DNA from: Adineta ricciae
Taxonomy: Eukaryota
Direction of reading: 5' to 3'
DNA: 64,000 bases
Assembly: GCA_905250025.1 (NCBI GenBank)
Contig: CAJNOJ010000052.1
Location: 23,044 to 87,043, forward strand
A program made the translations under genes and the position numbers. Below are positions 12,846 through 30,710 of the stretch, piece by piece. The notes under the pieces were generated by a model. It was not told where the DNA came from and made no database searches. It was given only the letters and a program-made list of their open reading frames with translations. Every line of letters starts with the position of its first letter. Positions within the stretch are counted from its first letter, which is position 1.

Positions 12846-14994
12846 AATCAATGCTCATTTTCTTCTTGTTTCATAAGTAACAAAATTGTAATCTCTCAAA
12901 CAGAAAAAAGAGAAGATCGACACTTTGACTGATAGAATGACATATTATACAAATAATAACGATCGCACTAAATAGAATTTCTAAGAATTGACGAACTAAT
13001 GTTAAAATCATTAAATCATTATGAGCATATCCATTATAATTTCGGCCATTGTCCAAGTGAGTTTTAGCATATACTTCAGGATGTTTATTAGCATCATTTT
13101 GTTCAATACCTCGAGTCGCATATGATGACGTGTTTTAACAGAAGATTTATGATCTTCTACTTCAGACTATGTTTGAATCTATAACAGAAAAAGATGAAAA
13201 AGTCATATTGTCTGATATGTTATCGAGATTTAGCATCATCCGTAAATGCCCGTTACGTGACGGTATACACACTGGCCAGTTTTGATGTGTTGTTTGTTTT
13301 ACTGATGTAAGATCGGTAATTGAATCAGTTATCGCTATTTTTAAGAAAAGAATGTCAATGGAGCGAACAAGAATAAGAAATTTATCAGAAGATAAAATAA
13401 AAACAACAAAAGTACTTAAAAACTGTCTTCTTGCAGAACGATACCGATAATATCAAAGCCCACCAGTTCCAAAACCAAGTGTAACAAGAAGCGACGTTCT
13501 TTCAAGTCAATATATAACGCCTTGAGTATATTTATAAAAAGAGATCAGTGTCACCAATGTGATGGCCAAAGCCTATTGTGATGTTGACCAATATCATTGC
13601 ACGAACGAACAGATAGAAACCTCCCAAAATTGTCATTACGTGCCGCTTTGAAATCGTCGATTGTGTAAAACGCGTGATATTGAAAAATAATCTGAATAAT
13701 GTCACAATGGTACTGTTATATCCGTTGGTATCAATTATGTCCAACTCGAAAGTTGAATTCAATTATTCAGGCTTGTCCTTGACCTTCGCTTGATCCTTGC
13801 TCCTTCAATAACCAACGCACATCTTCACACTCAACTATTCAAGTATAATAAATGAATTAGTAGTTGAATGGCTGAATTCAAGTTTCAAGTTGGCCATGTA
13901 TGAATTTCTAGTGGGGGGTATTGATAATGATGGTGATCATGACCATAATAAAACTATAGCAACTATTGTTGTGTGTATTGTTTTTGTGTACTTTAATTAT
14001 GGAGCATTTTTTTCATTTTGTTTATTGCGAATAAAGAATTGTACTGAAATACAGCACGAGATATTTAGACATTTATGATAACAATCGATCATGTTGTCAC
14101 CGATTTATATGTTTTTCTTTGTTTTACGAGACAGTGCAGATTAAACGCAATCAGGTTCTATTATCTATTAGACATATTAACATTTGTTCTCGTGGAACAT
14201 ATCCATATAAAATGTAAATATCATTTTATATAATATTTGTTTGCTGCGATACAGTTTCACATCTCACACAATATTTGTAGTAACACAGAAATAATTCTAT
14301 CAAGCTCAGATTATACTGCAACTGTTGTCTGAATCAAATGAATCAGTTTCCGTCCCCTTGATTTGTCATTTTAGTTCTGCGACAATTCACAACTACCAGA
14401 ATTGAATAACAGCGGATGATTTTGTAAATCTTTCGAACAGTATCCCGATTGCTTTACAGTGAATGGATGTAATCTATTTTTGTTCCAAAACCCAGTCATT
14501 TAATACTGTTGCAATACATACCCTTCGGCAGATAATATATATTTCACCTGTAAAACTTTTACATTAACTCATCTGTTTGATGGTCTATTGCTACCTAAAT
14601 ATTGCCATGGTACTGGGGATTAAAAACACCGTAATCAAAAGAGTTTTATTCCAACAGTTTTCCTATCAAAACATGCAGTAGAACATTCGTAGCTATGTAG
14701 ACTTGATTCTTAAACTGATTATAAAGATATGCAAGAACGCCATATTATGATCGTTTCGTGAGAGGAATCATAATAAAAAATAATAAGCATCATCTCTTAG
14801 AATCAGTATTCATTTTTTCTGCTCTTCTTCTTCTTCTTCTTCTTCTCTTCTCCTTGTTTTATAAATAATAAAATCTTCATCTCTTCGGGCAGAAAAAACA
14901 ACAGCAATAAACAAAAAAAAAAACTGGAAAGAAAAATAAGATTTTCACTGCCGGAATTCTATATGGCAAATATCATTGATCACACTGGTCCAAC

Positions 14995-17863
14995 TCAATC
15001 AATTCCATCATCAATCATGACTCCTTTGACTGTATATGTTTTAATGCATGTTTCCAAGTGCTCGAATAAGATTTCTAAGCGTCGATCAACAGCTCGAAGA
15101 TGTTCATCAACGAGAATCTTTTTTAGTTGTTCACTGTTTTCTAACGAACGTGAAAGTAAAGTTGAAAGTCCTTGCCGATAAACACGGTAGAGACGAGCAA
15201 ATGTCGAATAACGAAATAGACAGCACTGTCGAATTGGTGTAAGAATTGTCAAGTCATCATGATCGTATCGACCAAAACTTCGGCCATTATCCAAATGAAC
15301 TAAAGCTGTGTTAGCACCAAATGAGCCAATACGCATCATATGATGACGATCCAGATTACCTAAAAAAAATGATGAAAATATTTTCCATTCATTTGATTCC
15401 GGATAGAAAAAACTAATCGAGTTTATAGCAGATCATTTATCAATTGAAGGAAAATAGGAAATCTGTCATGTTGAAATGTCATCAATTAAATTGAGAAAAA
15501 CTATTTACCAATGAGAAAATCAAATGCTGATAAATCCATCATATCCAATAAAAGACGATTATGGTAATCATCATCTAAAAAACGAAGATTCTTTACACGA
15601 CAAATGCAACACACGTTGATTTACCTAGGAAAACATGATCGTAACAGTAATTTTCGTTGTTTTCCCATTTAGCTTTTCGTATAGCACTATAAGAACGACG
15701 GTAAGGATGAGTAATTTTATGCCATTCTACTTCTGGTGGCCGTGGTAGAAGAATTTGCACAGAACCTTCTAATCGATCACCCGGCTTCCCACAAACAGCA
15801 TGTGATGTGTCACAATAATATGAACAATGGCCACGAAAACAAGTATTATTCGCTATGAATTTCACAGAAGATATACAATAGAGTAAATAATTGCCCTGCG
15901 TTCGACTTACCTGGTGAGACAAAGAATGTTTTAGCCAGATCTTCGGTAGCTCGTTCGTGAATATCTCGTGTGATATGAACTAATCGTCCAATTAGTGGAG
16001 GAACCCGGTAAAAACCAAGAATTCTTCAATGAAAAATAAATGCTCTCTTAAGATGAATTGTCTAGAAGAAAAAAGCAATCAATTACTTGTCTAAATGAAA
16101 AGCAGCGATTTCTGCATGATGTCGTTCAATATCACTAAAGTAGAAGTGATCTGGTAACGTTTGATAGTTGCGTGGCACTCTACAAGATTGAATTACGACA
16201 GGATCAAATAGAGGAAGAAAAATAGTCAATGTATTACCTGTATGGTTTAAACAGAGCTTCGAAACCATCGGGTAAATCAAAAATAACTTTAATCTGTGTG
16301 CCTTGCGACATTTCACCTGACAAAGATTCATCAGTTACAGAAGCTAAAGGCAGAACAAAACTGTTTCTTACTTGCTTCGATAATTTCCGCATTTTGTAAA
16401 TGGTTAAGAAGTCGAGGAAATTCTGGACTACGTGGATCGTAAACACGCAAATTGTTCACTGTTTTCATAAATGCATACCATGTTGTATTCAATTTCCTAA
16501 GAGAATATTACACTTCTATTTTCACTCGTTCTTTTTCTAGAACATTTCATTAATCAAAATTTTTGATGGCAAGAGAACTATCACATTATATCGATGATAA
16601 ACCTCATTAAAGAAATGATGATGATCATGATGATCAATTATTTATATCGCGGTAGAAACATCTCATCTCGTTTATACTTGATAGAATTCATACACATCAC
16701 ACAAAAATAGTAGTAGATATTAACACTTTGAAGCACCCAATAATTGCAAGCATTCCTTCAGAACAAAGGTCATGTCTCATCAGGAAAAATATTCCGGTTC
16801 TACTTCCGCAACGTGCTTATCCAACGAGGAAATCATAACAGACAAATCGTAGAACAACTGTTATCGAAATTTCGTAAGTAGGACAATACGAGAGTTCTTA
16901 AAACTACTAATAAGAAATCTCAGATTTGAATATCTCTTCTCTTTCATTAAATTATATATGGGTTTATGACTCTTGAAAGCTTAGATGCCTAAACGAGCGA
17001 ACATGATTTGCTATCACTATGTCGTAGCTATTTCGAATATATTTCTTCTCTCCATGGAAGAAAGCAAATGACACGCGATACTGGAAAATGTATCAGATTG
17101 CAAAGCGATTTTGTCATGGCAAAACCGCATATGACAATGGAAAAATCTGTCTCAACAATATGTTATTTGTTAGATTTTGGAAAAAAAAACTATCAACTTA
17201 CGAAGGTTCATCACGTAATAATTCATCATGTACAAGGCTGGCAAGAGTAACAATCTTATCATTCTGATGTTCCTTTTTCCATTTGGCTAAAGCTTGATGA
17301 ATATAATTTCTTAATTGCACTTTATCATGTTCGCTAACACTTTTCACAGTTGTAGTTATATCAGGATGAACTGTAGTTGTTGTTGTTGTTGTTGTTGTTG
17401 TGACTGCCTTATTGGCTGAATCAGCTGTATCAGCATGTGTTTCAGGATTTTTATTCGGCTCATCTTGTGCGTTTGCTTGTTGCTGTTGCTCGACCAGTTT
17501 CTCAAAATTCCATGCCGAATCGATCGGAAATAGTTTTTCTTTGTCTAACGAATGTGTTTCATCCGCTCGTGCATTGCGTATCAATTGAAATAACTCTTCA
17601 ATGCGACGCGGTGTTATATTTGACGATCGAATAAATACTGGATTTGATGGTGTTGCATGGAGATCGTAGATATTTTGATGATTGACTGCTGACCAGAATG
17701 GAATAACACCGGGCGGAATAGGGACATCACGATGTTCTTCTTCTTCACGTTCAAGTTCATTAGTTGACCAGATAACCGTGTAAAGTGAGGTAAGAATGAA
17801 TATAATTAAAGTTGCCAGAATGAAAGTTATTGTTGTACGCAGTCGAAAACGTATCTGCCGCAT
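14995..17863 (-). CDS. FAM20-family secretory-pathway (Golgi) kinase, FAM20C/FAM20B-like, 8 exons. Approximate exons in plus-strand coordinates: 17202-17863, 16372-16497, 16239-16316, 16087-16179, 15921-16023, 15625-15852, 15510-15574, 14995-15360.
   Basis: Type-II signal anchor in exon 1 (MRQIRFRLRTTITFILATLIIFILTSLY). Conserved FAM20 blocks include [119 protein letters not shown] and DRRLEILFEHLETCI. Introns are 50-62 nt, except a 149-nt intron and a first intron of about 700 nt. Exon 1 contains an (ACA)n tract encoding T11. Confidence 0.8.
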
Positions 17864-18884
17864 TCATTTATTACACACGAACAACGATGATTTGATGTAT
17901 ATTTTTGCTTTGTGGTATAGAAAAAAGTATCATTCGAATAGGTTTCTTCTTGCTTTCTATCTTTTTCTCGCACTCGCACGCGTGTGTTCGTCTCTTTCTT
18001 TCGCTTATTGATGGCACAAATAAGAATATAAATGAAATGATTATTCGTTTAATCGCTTCTTCAAATATGCAATTAACTGTTATATAAAATACAGGCTAAG
18101 AACAAGATGCACGTTGTTAGCTTCCGATTTCCGTCGATGGCGCCAAATGCATTTTTTTTTCAAATGTTCGTATTTTATTTATCTACGGACAAACATAATA
18201 GAAAAAAAGACAATAAAGAAAACTAAATTTAATAACAGATGCTGTAAATGACTATGAAGAATATCTTTCCTGAGAGGAGATTTTTCTCTCTTTTGCGTGG
18301 AGTTCTCTTTCTTATTACACTCGACGTATTGAGGGTAAATGGTCGTGACTCCTGCAGTAAGCTTTCTTTTCTCTAATTCAACGCGATCGAATACTAACTG
18401 TTGTCTCTTGTATTTCTGTCGGTTCATGTCTGCTTTGAATAGGAAATGATCGAGCTAATACTTAGGAGAATGTGTGAGAGAAGATTGATGTAGTTCTACG
18501 CTTTCGAATAGAGAAGAGAAAAATGTAAAAGAAAATACGAGAAATGGTCTTGTGTGTCATGGAAAGAAAAGGAGGAGAAGAGAAAAAATATATTCAATGG
18601 TCTTATTGATCAAACGAGAAAAGAGAACAAAATGTATGTCGATCCCTGAAAATAGTCCACTCCAATGTACCCTTTTCGCTTTGTTTAATATCAAATCAGT
18701 ACGACGCACATGCTTAAGCCACCAGGTAGTATATAAAAGACCAGAACGCAAATTTCTCTATTTATATATACATATATATGTATGTATGTTCGTACAAGAG
18801 TTAGTTGAAGAAAAGAAAAAATTACATCATGATGAATAACAAGACAAGAAGAAAAAAAAAGATATTTTGAGGTCTTAGAGATAT

Positions 18885-23907
<5,023 letters not shown>

Positions 23908-24079
23908 TTTATTATTGTTTGTGCATATGCTTGATTTTCATTCGCTAAGAGCATCCGCCAATAGAACCATCGATTATTATCATCGAAAGTAGCGTTGTTT
24001 GATTTGATTACTGTGTCAAACAATTTTTTCCTCTTTTCACCTTCAACGTCCTTTTTTTTATTGTTAAGATCAGATAGGA

Positions 24080-24744
24080 ATGTGGAGTTCAACAATTTGT
24101 TTTTTTATTTTCTTTTCACTTTTTGTGGATAAAGGTAAAATGAAAAAGAAATTTCTTCTCAAATAAAATCTGTTTTTTTTTTCTTTTCGTATAGCTCAAC
24201 CCGAAGTTCCTCAACTGTTTGACTATTTAAATGGTTTCTACTTGGATTGCTATGAATGTCATAGCAATCGTCCAGGTTGCGGTGCTAAAGTTGATTGGAT
24301 TTTAATGCGTTGGAAACGTTGTGTCGCACCAGGTGGAAGTAAATGCGTCAAAATCATTGAACGTTCACCTGATGGTATGATTATATGCTGACGAATAGGA
24401 AAAATATACGTCGCTTTTTTTTTCTTCACAGGCGAAATGAATTATGTGCGTGGTTGCATCAATCAGATTGAAGCTGTCAGACCCGAAATGCCAACAGTTC
24501 GAGAAAACGGATGTTGGACAGCTACAGATAACTATGTGGTATGTTGAATAGTGATCAGAAGATAAAAATTATATTTTGTTCTAAGGGTTTGGCTTATCGA
24601 CCATGGTACGTGCAAACGGATGAACCCATCTACTGCTTTTGTGATGAACGTGATGGATGTAATTCGGCAATACGATCATTGACAAATTACATCTTGGTTT
24701 CATTCTTATGTTTGCTTTCATTTTTTATACACTTGATCAATTAG
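24080..24744 (+). CDS. Ly6/uPAR (three-finger, LU-domain) secreted protein with a predicted GPI-anchor signal, 4 exons: 24080-24134, 24195-24374, 24432-24538, 24586-24744.
   Basis: Signal peptide MWSSTICFFIFFSLFV. Ten cysteines occur in LU-domain spacing (CYECHSN...GCG...KRC...SKC...GC...GCW...CFCDERDGCN) ending with the characteristic CN. This is followed by a hydrophobic C-terminus, ILVSFLCLLSFFIHLIN, typical of a GPI attachment signal. Introns are 60, 57 and 47 nt with GTAAAA, GTATGA and GTATGT donors. Confidence 0.7.
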
Positions 24745-25201
24745 AATCATTCCGTGTTCTTTTTTTTGTATTTTGTACATATCTTTTATCTGATTATTAC
24801 AATTATTATACATTCCATTTCTTATCTTGCCGATTGATCTGAGTTCGTGTTTTTTTTTCTGAATGGACCTTTTTTTGTGCAAAATATGTAGGAGACACAC
24901 ATTGCTATGAATTCCTATTAGAGATAAATGATGTTCTTCTTTTTTTTATGAATTTAATAATAAAAAAAGGTATGTCGTAGAGTATTGCACAACAATTTTT
25001 CTCTAAGCAGTTCACTTCAACGTGTGAGAGACAACATCGTTTCTCAACAATGGTGCAATTACACCTGTATAGCATGTTCGCTACTTATATAAACTCGGTA
25101 AAATTGTACATGCGTCTCAATTTCATTCAGAGAACATTTGGAAACACAATTCACGAAGAATATTGCATCACGAATTGGTAAGATGAGTACAAATTTGTAT
25201 C

Positions 25202-26916
25202 ATGTCGCATGAAAATAACCCGTGTCTAGAAATAATGACTGACACAAACGCAACTACGACAAACGATACGACTGTATCCGATGAACCAACAGAATTAGAT
25301 CTTGCTTTCATCATTGACGCAACTGGCAGCATGGGATCGTACATAAAATCTGCACAAGATGTATGTAGACGGATTCATGAAAGACCAAAACAATTAAAAT
25401 TGTTTAGAATATGAGAAAGATCATTGAGGACATTATAATAAGTGAACGATGTGCATTGAATACAGCTTTAATTTTGTACCGTGATCATCCACCGCAGGAT
25501 TCAACATTTATAACTCAAATTCACGACTTTACTGACGATGCAGAGGAAGCAAAAAAGCATATTGATACAGCCTCTGCTAGCGGAGGTTTGATCTGAAATG
25601 ATATATTTTTGAATACTTTTATTGAAAGAGAGTATTTTCTAGGTGGAGATGGTCCAGAAGCAGTCACGCCTGCTTTATATGCAGCTGTACATACTTTATC
25701 GTGGCGTAAGAATGCAGTTAAGATTGCCCTTCTCATTGCTGATGCTCCTCCGCACGGATTAGACCAAAACGGTGATACATGGCCTCAAGGTAACATCTAG
25801 CTTCTATGTTATTGCCAACTTTTCATAAGATTTCTTTTGAAGGCGATCCATCAGGACATGATCCTATGAAATGTGTCGCTGAGCTTGCTGAAAACAGTAT
25901 TACATTATACACAGTCGGTTGTGAACCGGCAATTACACCTTATCGTGATTTTTTTATGGCACTGGCTTTCAAAACTGGCGGCCAGTACATACCATTGAAT
26001 GACAGCGCTAGCTTAGCTTCGGTTATTACTGGATCTGCAAAGGAAGAGATCTCTTTAGAACGACTACTGGCGCAGGTGCATGAAGAAGTGATGCGCGAAG
26101 CTGCATTGCGCGGTGGTCCAGTTGATGAAACTGAACTTACTCGTCGTATCCATGAAGTAATGCAAGGGGGAGGTAAGTAGAAAAGACAAACCAGTGTCGT
26201 ATTCAAGTGGAATTACATGTTATTTATTCATCTAAAGGTGCTAAAGCTCGTCGAGTAAAACTAAACAATGCAACTGGTACTATGAATATTCCAGAAATAA
26301 CATCCGCTGCCGAAGAGCTTTCAAAAGTGGCAACATTAGAAGAAGTTCGACAGAAATGGACGAAATCTCCTTTCACGCACAGTTTATTTTCAATGGCCCC
26401 CGCAACTAGAACAGGTCTAGGGCGGAGGAAAAAAGCAGCGAAAGCAGTCCGCACAGGTGCGCGTGCACCACTAGTGTAAGATAAAATCTATTTTTGTGCG
26501 CATTTCAATGTAAATCACGGTTGAATTGTAGAAAGAAGGCACCACTCAAACGAAAAACACCGGCAAAACTAGCACCAACTACTAAAAAGAAATCTCGTCC
26601 TGACACACCTCGTGGTAAAAGACGGAGCGCCCGTTTAGCCCTTATCATCAGTGATGATGAAGAAGATTCCACTGAAAAAGACGAAGATGAAGAGGAAGCA
26701 ATGGATGTGAGTGTGCCTACTCAGTCGTGTTTTGTTCTATGAAAATGACTTTTGTTCTAGACAACAACTGTACCAGTACCTTCTGTCGAGAAACCCGCAA
26801 AGTTAAAAACAGAAATATCAAATATCGACCTAAAAGACGATGAACTACTGGATATTAGTCAAACTAGACGACTGGTCCGCAAATGTGTAGCACGAAACAA
26901 ACTGAAATCTACTTGA
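25202..26916 (+). CDS. von Willebrand factor A (vWA, MIDAS-containing) domain protein with a Lys-rich/acidic C-terminal tail, 7 exons: 25202-25360, 25408-25585, 25643-25789, 25843-26172, 26237-26475, 26532-26706, 26761-26916.
   Basis: vWA start with MIDAS: LDLAFIIDATGSMGSYI. Further vWA blocks ALILYRDHPPQD, GGGDGPEAVTPALYAA and KIALLIADAPPHG. The tail KKAPLKRKTPAKLAPTTKKKSRPDTPRGKRRSARLALIISDDEEDSTEKDEDEEE is NLS-like basic followed by acidic. All introns are 47-64 nt and phase-consistent. Confidence 0.7.
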
Positions 26917-28103
26917 ATCAAACTTGTTATAATATAATTTGAGGGATATTTTATCATGTTTATTTAACGTTTAGTAAATGACTCACACAAGCAATATCCG
27001 TTTTAAATACCGCCCCTTTTCTATTGATTCATACATATGAACAGTTACTAGCATCATAGTACTATGAGAGTTAGCTGTACCTGGTTTATGACAGTACGTA
27101 AATATCGTATGAAACCAATTTTATATATCACAAAAATGTGTCGTTGTTTCCTCTTATAAAACTATATTGATAGAAAGGATTGTATTTACAATAGAAAATA
27201 TATCGAATGTGTAGCAAGGAAACGATGACTATACCCTATGAACACTAATGATATGTTTTATATACTCGTTTATTCCAAGTCTTTCATGAAGACTTATTTG
27301 CTTTGTATTCTTGTTCTATTCGATGTGATAATATACAATTCAATGTATTTCTCTCATTCAAGTCTCTTCAGTGTGTATCAATTATCTATATTGACATATT
27401 TTGATCTTTCTATTGCATTCAACTTCAATTTTTGCTATAAAAGATTAGAATGGGCCAGCATCTGCTGCATCTGACATTACTATTGTAACAATTGTCTGAT
27501 CTCTGTCTTGATACAATTCCTTGACACAGTTCAATGATCCATAAATATTGATGTTTATCACTTTCAATTGATCTGCTTTTTTTACATTTGCTCTTTCTTC
27601 CCTCTCGCATATAGTTTAGTCTTTTTATAATGCAACTTTCTCATATGTATATTTAGATATTAGACAAATCAAGAAAAATGAGAAGTAGAAAAAGGCAAAC
27701 AAAATAAAAGGAAAAAACACTTCTTTTTCTTCTTCGTTAGTATCTTATATTGAGTTTTTTTCCTCTTGTAAAGTTTGAAAGACTGCCGCACAAAAAAAGA
27801 AGGGCAACAATAGACACATAAGAAAATCAAAAGCGAGTTCTTGAATATGTATACATACACACACACATATATATATATATATATGAAAACAAAGAGAAGT
27901 ATAGAAGAATATGTTCACAGTTCAAGAAGAACAAGAATCAAGCAAGCTAACAATGAAGCAAAACGAACAACAATGATATAATGCAACTCGTGCGTATCTG
28001 GCATCTAAAGGAAAGTAAAGGACACGAAGAAAGAAAAATCTATCTGTTGACAAGAAAACAAAATATGTACGAAAGAGCCGGAACAAAAGAAACAATATGA
28101 GAA

Positions 28104-30152
28104 TTAGCTGGTCTGTTCACCTCGACAGATCGGACATCGAGTTGATGTCTATAAGAAAATGAAAAATGCAATCGTTCAGATATGGTTGAAATGTAAAGAT
28201 CATCAAATCGAATCTTACCTTCAGCCATGGATCAATGCAATCACTGTGAAAGAAGTGTTTACAACGTAGATGCTTCAATTTGTCACCACCGATATATTCA
28301 CTTAAGCATACAGCACATTTATCATCAACTTGAATAGTTGTACAAGATTTAGTATAGATCATTGTTGGTAAACGTTCCAGTTCACTATCGGTAAGGCCAA
28401 CGACGGGTGTCTCATCGGGTATTGTCAGATCGAAAAAGTCCTACATGTATCAGCGTATCGTAGAAAACTAATTATTCGGTTAAAAAGTGAGAAAAACTTA
28501 CACCAAATTGAATACTAAATGCAGCTGGTAATGAAAAAATTTCATGGCCAGGTGACATCCATGCATAAGCAATTAAATCAATTGATGCTGTTGGTGGATG
28601 ATGATGATAATGACTATGATTATCACTGTACGAAGCAGCATGGGCATCGATAACGCGGCTGAAAATTATTTTAGAGAAAAAAGAGAGAGAGAAAGAGATT
28701 TGCTTTTTTTTCATAAGCCATTGTTGTACTTACTGAAGTAGATCGGTAAGAAATGAAGGTGAAGGTCTTTGATGCAAATGAGTAGTCATTGATGTTCGAT
28801 GAAAGAGTGGACCGCGTGGTGATGGTGTTGGCTCGAAAGTTATTCCACTTCGATGATGGTGATGATGATGATGTGAGTGAGGGTGATGATGATTTGATTG
28901 TTGCGTATAAGAAGAACGAGGAGGAGGAATTGGTGGACGACGAGGTAAAGCAACAGGTGGTGATTCAAGTAGAAATTGTCGATGATCAGAAGAATGATAT
29001 ATATTGCGAGGCTGTACAGATGACGATGACGTTGTTGTTGACGATGGTGATGGTTGAATAGGACGATGATGAAGATTGTAATGCGTATTGGTATTATTGA
29101 TTTCATGTGCGTGTTCAATTCGATTTCGTTGTATTGCTTGTGAACGTTGTTCAAATGGCCGAGAAAGAGAAGGAACATTGTCGATATACGATGTTCGGGG
29201 CATCGAAGTTGGTTGTGGTTGTACATGTCGATGGTTTCTATATAATAAAGATAAGAAAACAGATAGTTGAAAGAAAAGAAAAGAAAAGAAAAGAAATGAA
29301 ACATTTACGTATATGGTTGATAATGATGGTGACTAGCTGATCGATACTGTTGATGTTGGACATGTGAAGCATTCTCCTGTGAATGATGATTCGTTTGATC
29401 GTTTTCATTGTTAATTCCTTCATGTCTCGATCGTTTACGTTCGTGATGATGGTATGAATGTGATGACTGAGATGTGGATGTACTGATTGCAGATGAACGT
29501 TGCCTTTTCGAATGATTGTGATTGTTGCTATTGTTATTATAATTATTATTATTATTATTATTATGAGATGATCGTTGAGTTATGCCATTGTTATCTTCTT
29601 GTTCATCATCAAACCATGGGGGACGACGTGTAAAAGACGCTGCCGATGGACTTTCTAAACGATAATGGCGATGGTGTGGAGCTGATGCTGTTGCATTTGC
29701 TGCCGCCTAAAATACATTGATGAATAATTTTTGAGAAAAAAGTTTTCCTTTACCGTTACAGCATTCAATGGGAGTAACGACCGAGTTGGCTCGTCTTCAT
29801 GTGATTGCAAGTAGTTAAAATGACACGATGGTTGAGATTCATTTCTTTGATGAACTTGTTGATTACTAGTTGCTTCACGATTCGATGAATGCAACGAAGA
29901 AGAGTCAAGTGTTTGGCGCTGATGTGGATATTGAAAATAAGTAAAATCATTCGGCGTCGAAACTGAATGAGCTGTAGAAGATGCAGTTGTTGGTTGATGT
30001 GTACACGATAATGTATCCGTTAGTTGCCAAGATGAACTATCTGAGGGTGTATCATTCGTTTGTGCCGTCGGATAAGAAACAAAGTCGCACATTTGAAGCG
30101 ATACACGATGACGAGGAGGTGCAAATGGACGGTTCGAATATTGGCGAGACAT
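28104..30152 (-). CDS. RING-H2 E3 ubiquitin ligase of the RLIM/RNF6/RNF12 type, at least 6 exons with a long low-complexity His/Ser/Asn-rich N-terminal region. The last three exons are approximately 28502-28650 region, 28219-28440 and 28104-28148.
   Basis: C-terminus reads GLTDSELERLPTMIYTKSCTTIQVDDKCAVCLSEYIGGDKLKHLRCKHFFHSDCIDPWLK, then a 70-nt intron, then TSTRCPICRGEQTS*. This matches the human RLIM/RNF6 RING-H2 (GLTKEQIDNL...[44 protein letters not shown]). The RING is split between the last two exons. Upstream exons encode H-rich and PPxY-like low-complexity sequence. Confidence 0.7.
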
Positions 30153-30710
30153 GAAAATCTGTATGCAATTTTAATACAAAAGACAAATAACTCTGTACAA
30201 CCTTCCTGAATACTTCGTTCGATGTAATCAAAGAAGAAGAAAGGCTATAAAAAGGAAGGTGAAATGAAAGAATGCAATGCACGTGGTGTCCATGATGTTG
30301 AATTGAATGACAAAAGCAACCAATCATTTTCGAGCGATCGTATGTCATCACAATGCAAGCCAGTGACCTCTACCGACCTTTCAAATATGCCATTCTTTAG
30401 TCATCAGAATATGTACAACGCAGATCACGTCAAGAATAACTCACTCAACTCTCCACCGAATAGTTAACATAAGTAAAAATGTAAAAGAGTGTTGTTAGGA
30501 GGAACGACCTCTATAGAAACAGCTAAAGTTAGGTTCGAATATACTTTCACACTTCCTTTCATTTCGAGACGGTCGTATTTGAAGATAAGCTGGCAATAGA
30601 GCGATACTCTTTCACATTATGAATAACACTAGAGTGTTACTTTCAAACGTGCGTTTCTGATAGAAATTCTGAAGTCCTTTTTATTTATTGAATGAAAACT
30701 TATTAACACA

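Noticed and set aside
13532-14078. Two short ORFs (13532-13762 minus strand, 13890-14078 plus strand) in the convergent intergenic region
   Set aside because: They are too short, have no recognisable family and no convincing splice partners. They are kept only as part of the gene-poor interval finding, not as genes.
17008-17250. Plus-strand 80-aa ORF inside the long first intron of the FAM20 gene
   Set aside because: It has no homology or splice signals. The composition is not protein-like, so it is most likely a chance ORF in an intron. It remains flagged in the FAM20 long-intron finding.
28789-29340. ORFs on both strands inside the RLIM-like gene's low-complexity exons (28789-29061 plus strand, 28840-29304 minus strand in an alternate frame, 29107-29340 plus strand)
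   Set aside because: These are products of the His/Asp/Asn-rich repetitive codon tracts. Repetitive sequence is open in several frames. Only the frame contiguous with the RING-H2 exons is coherent.
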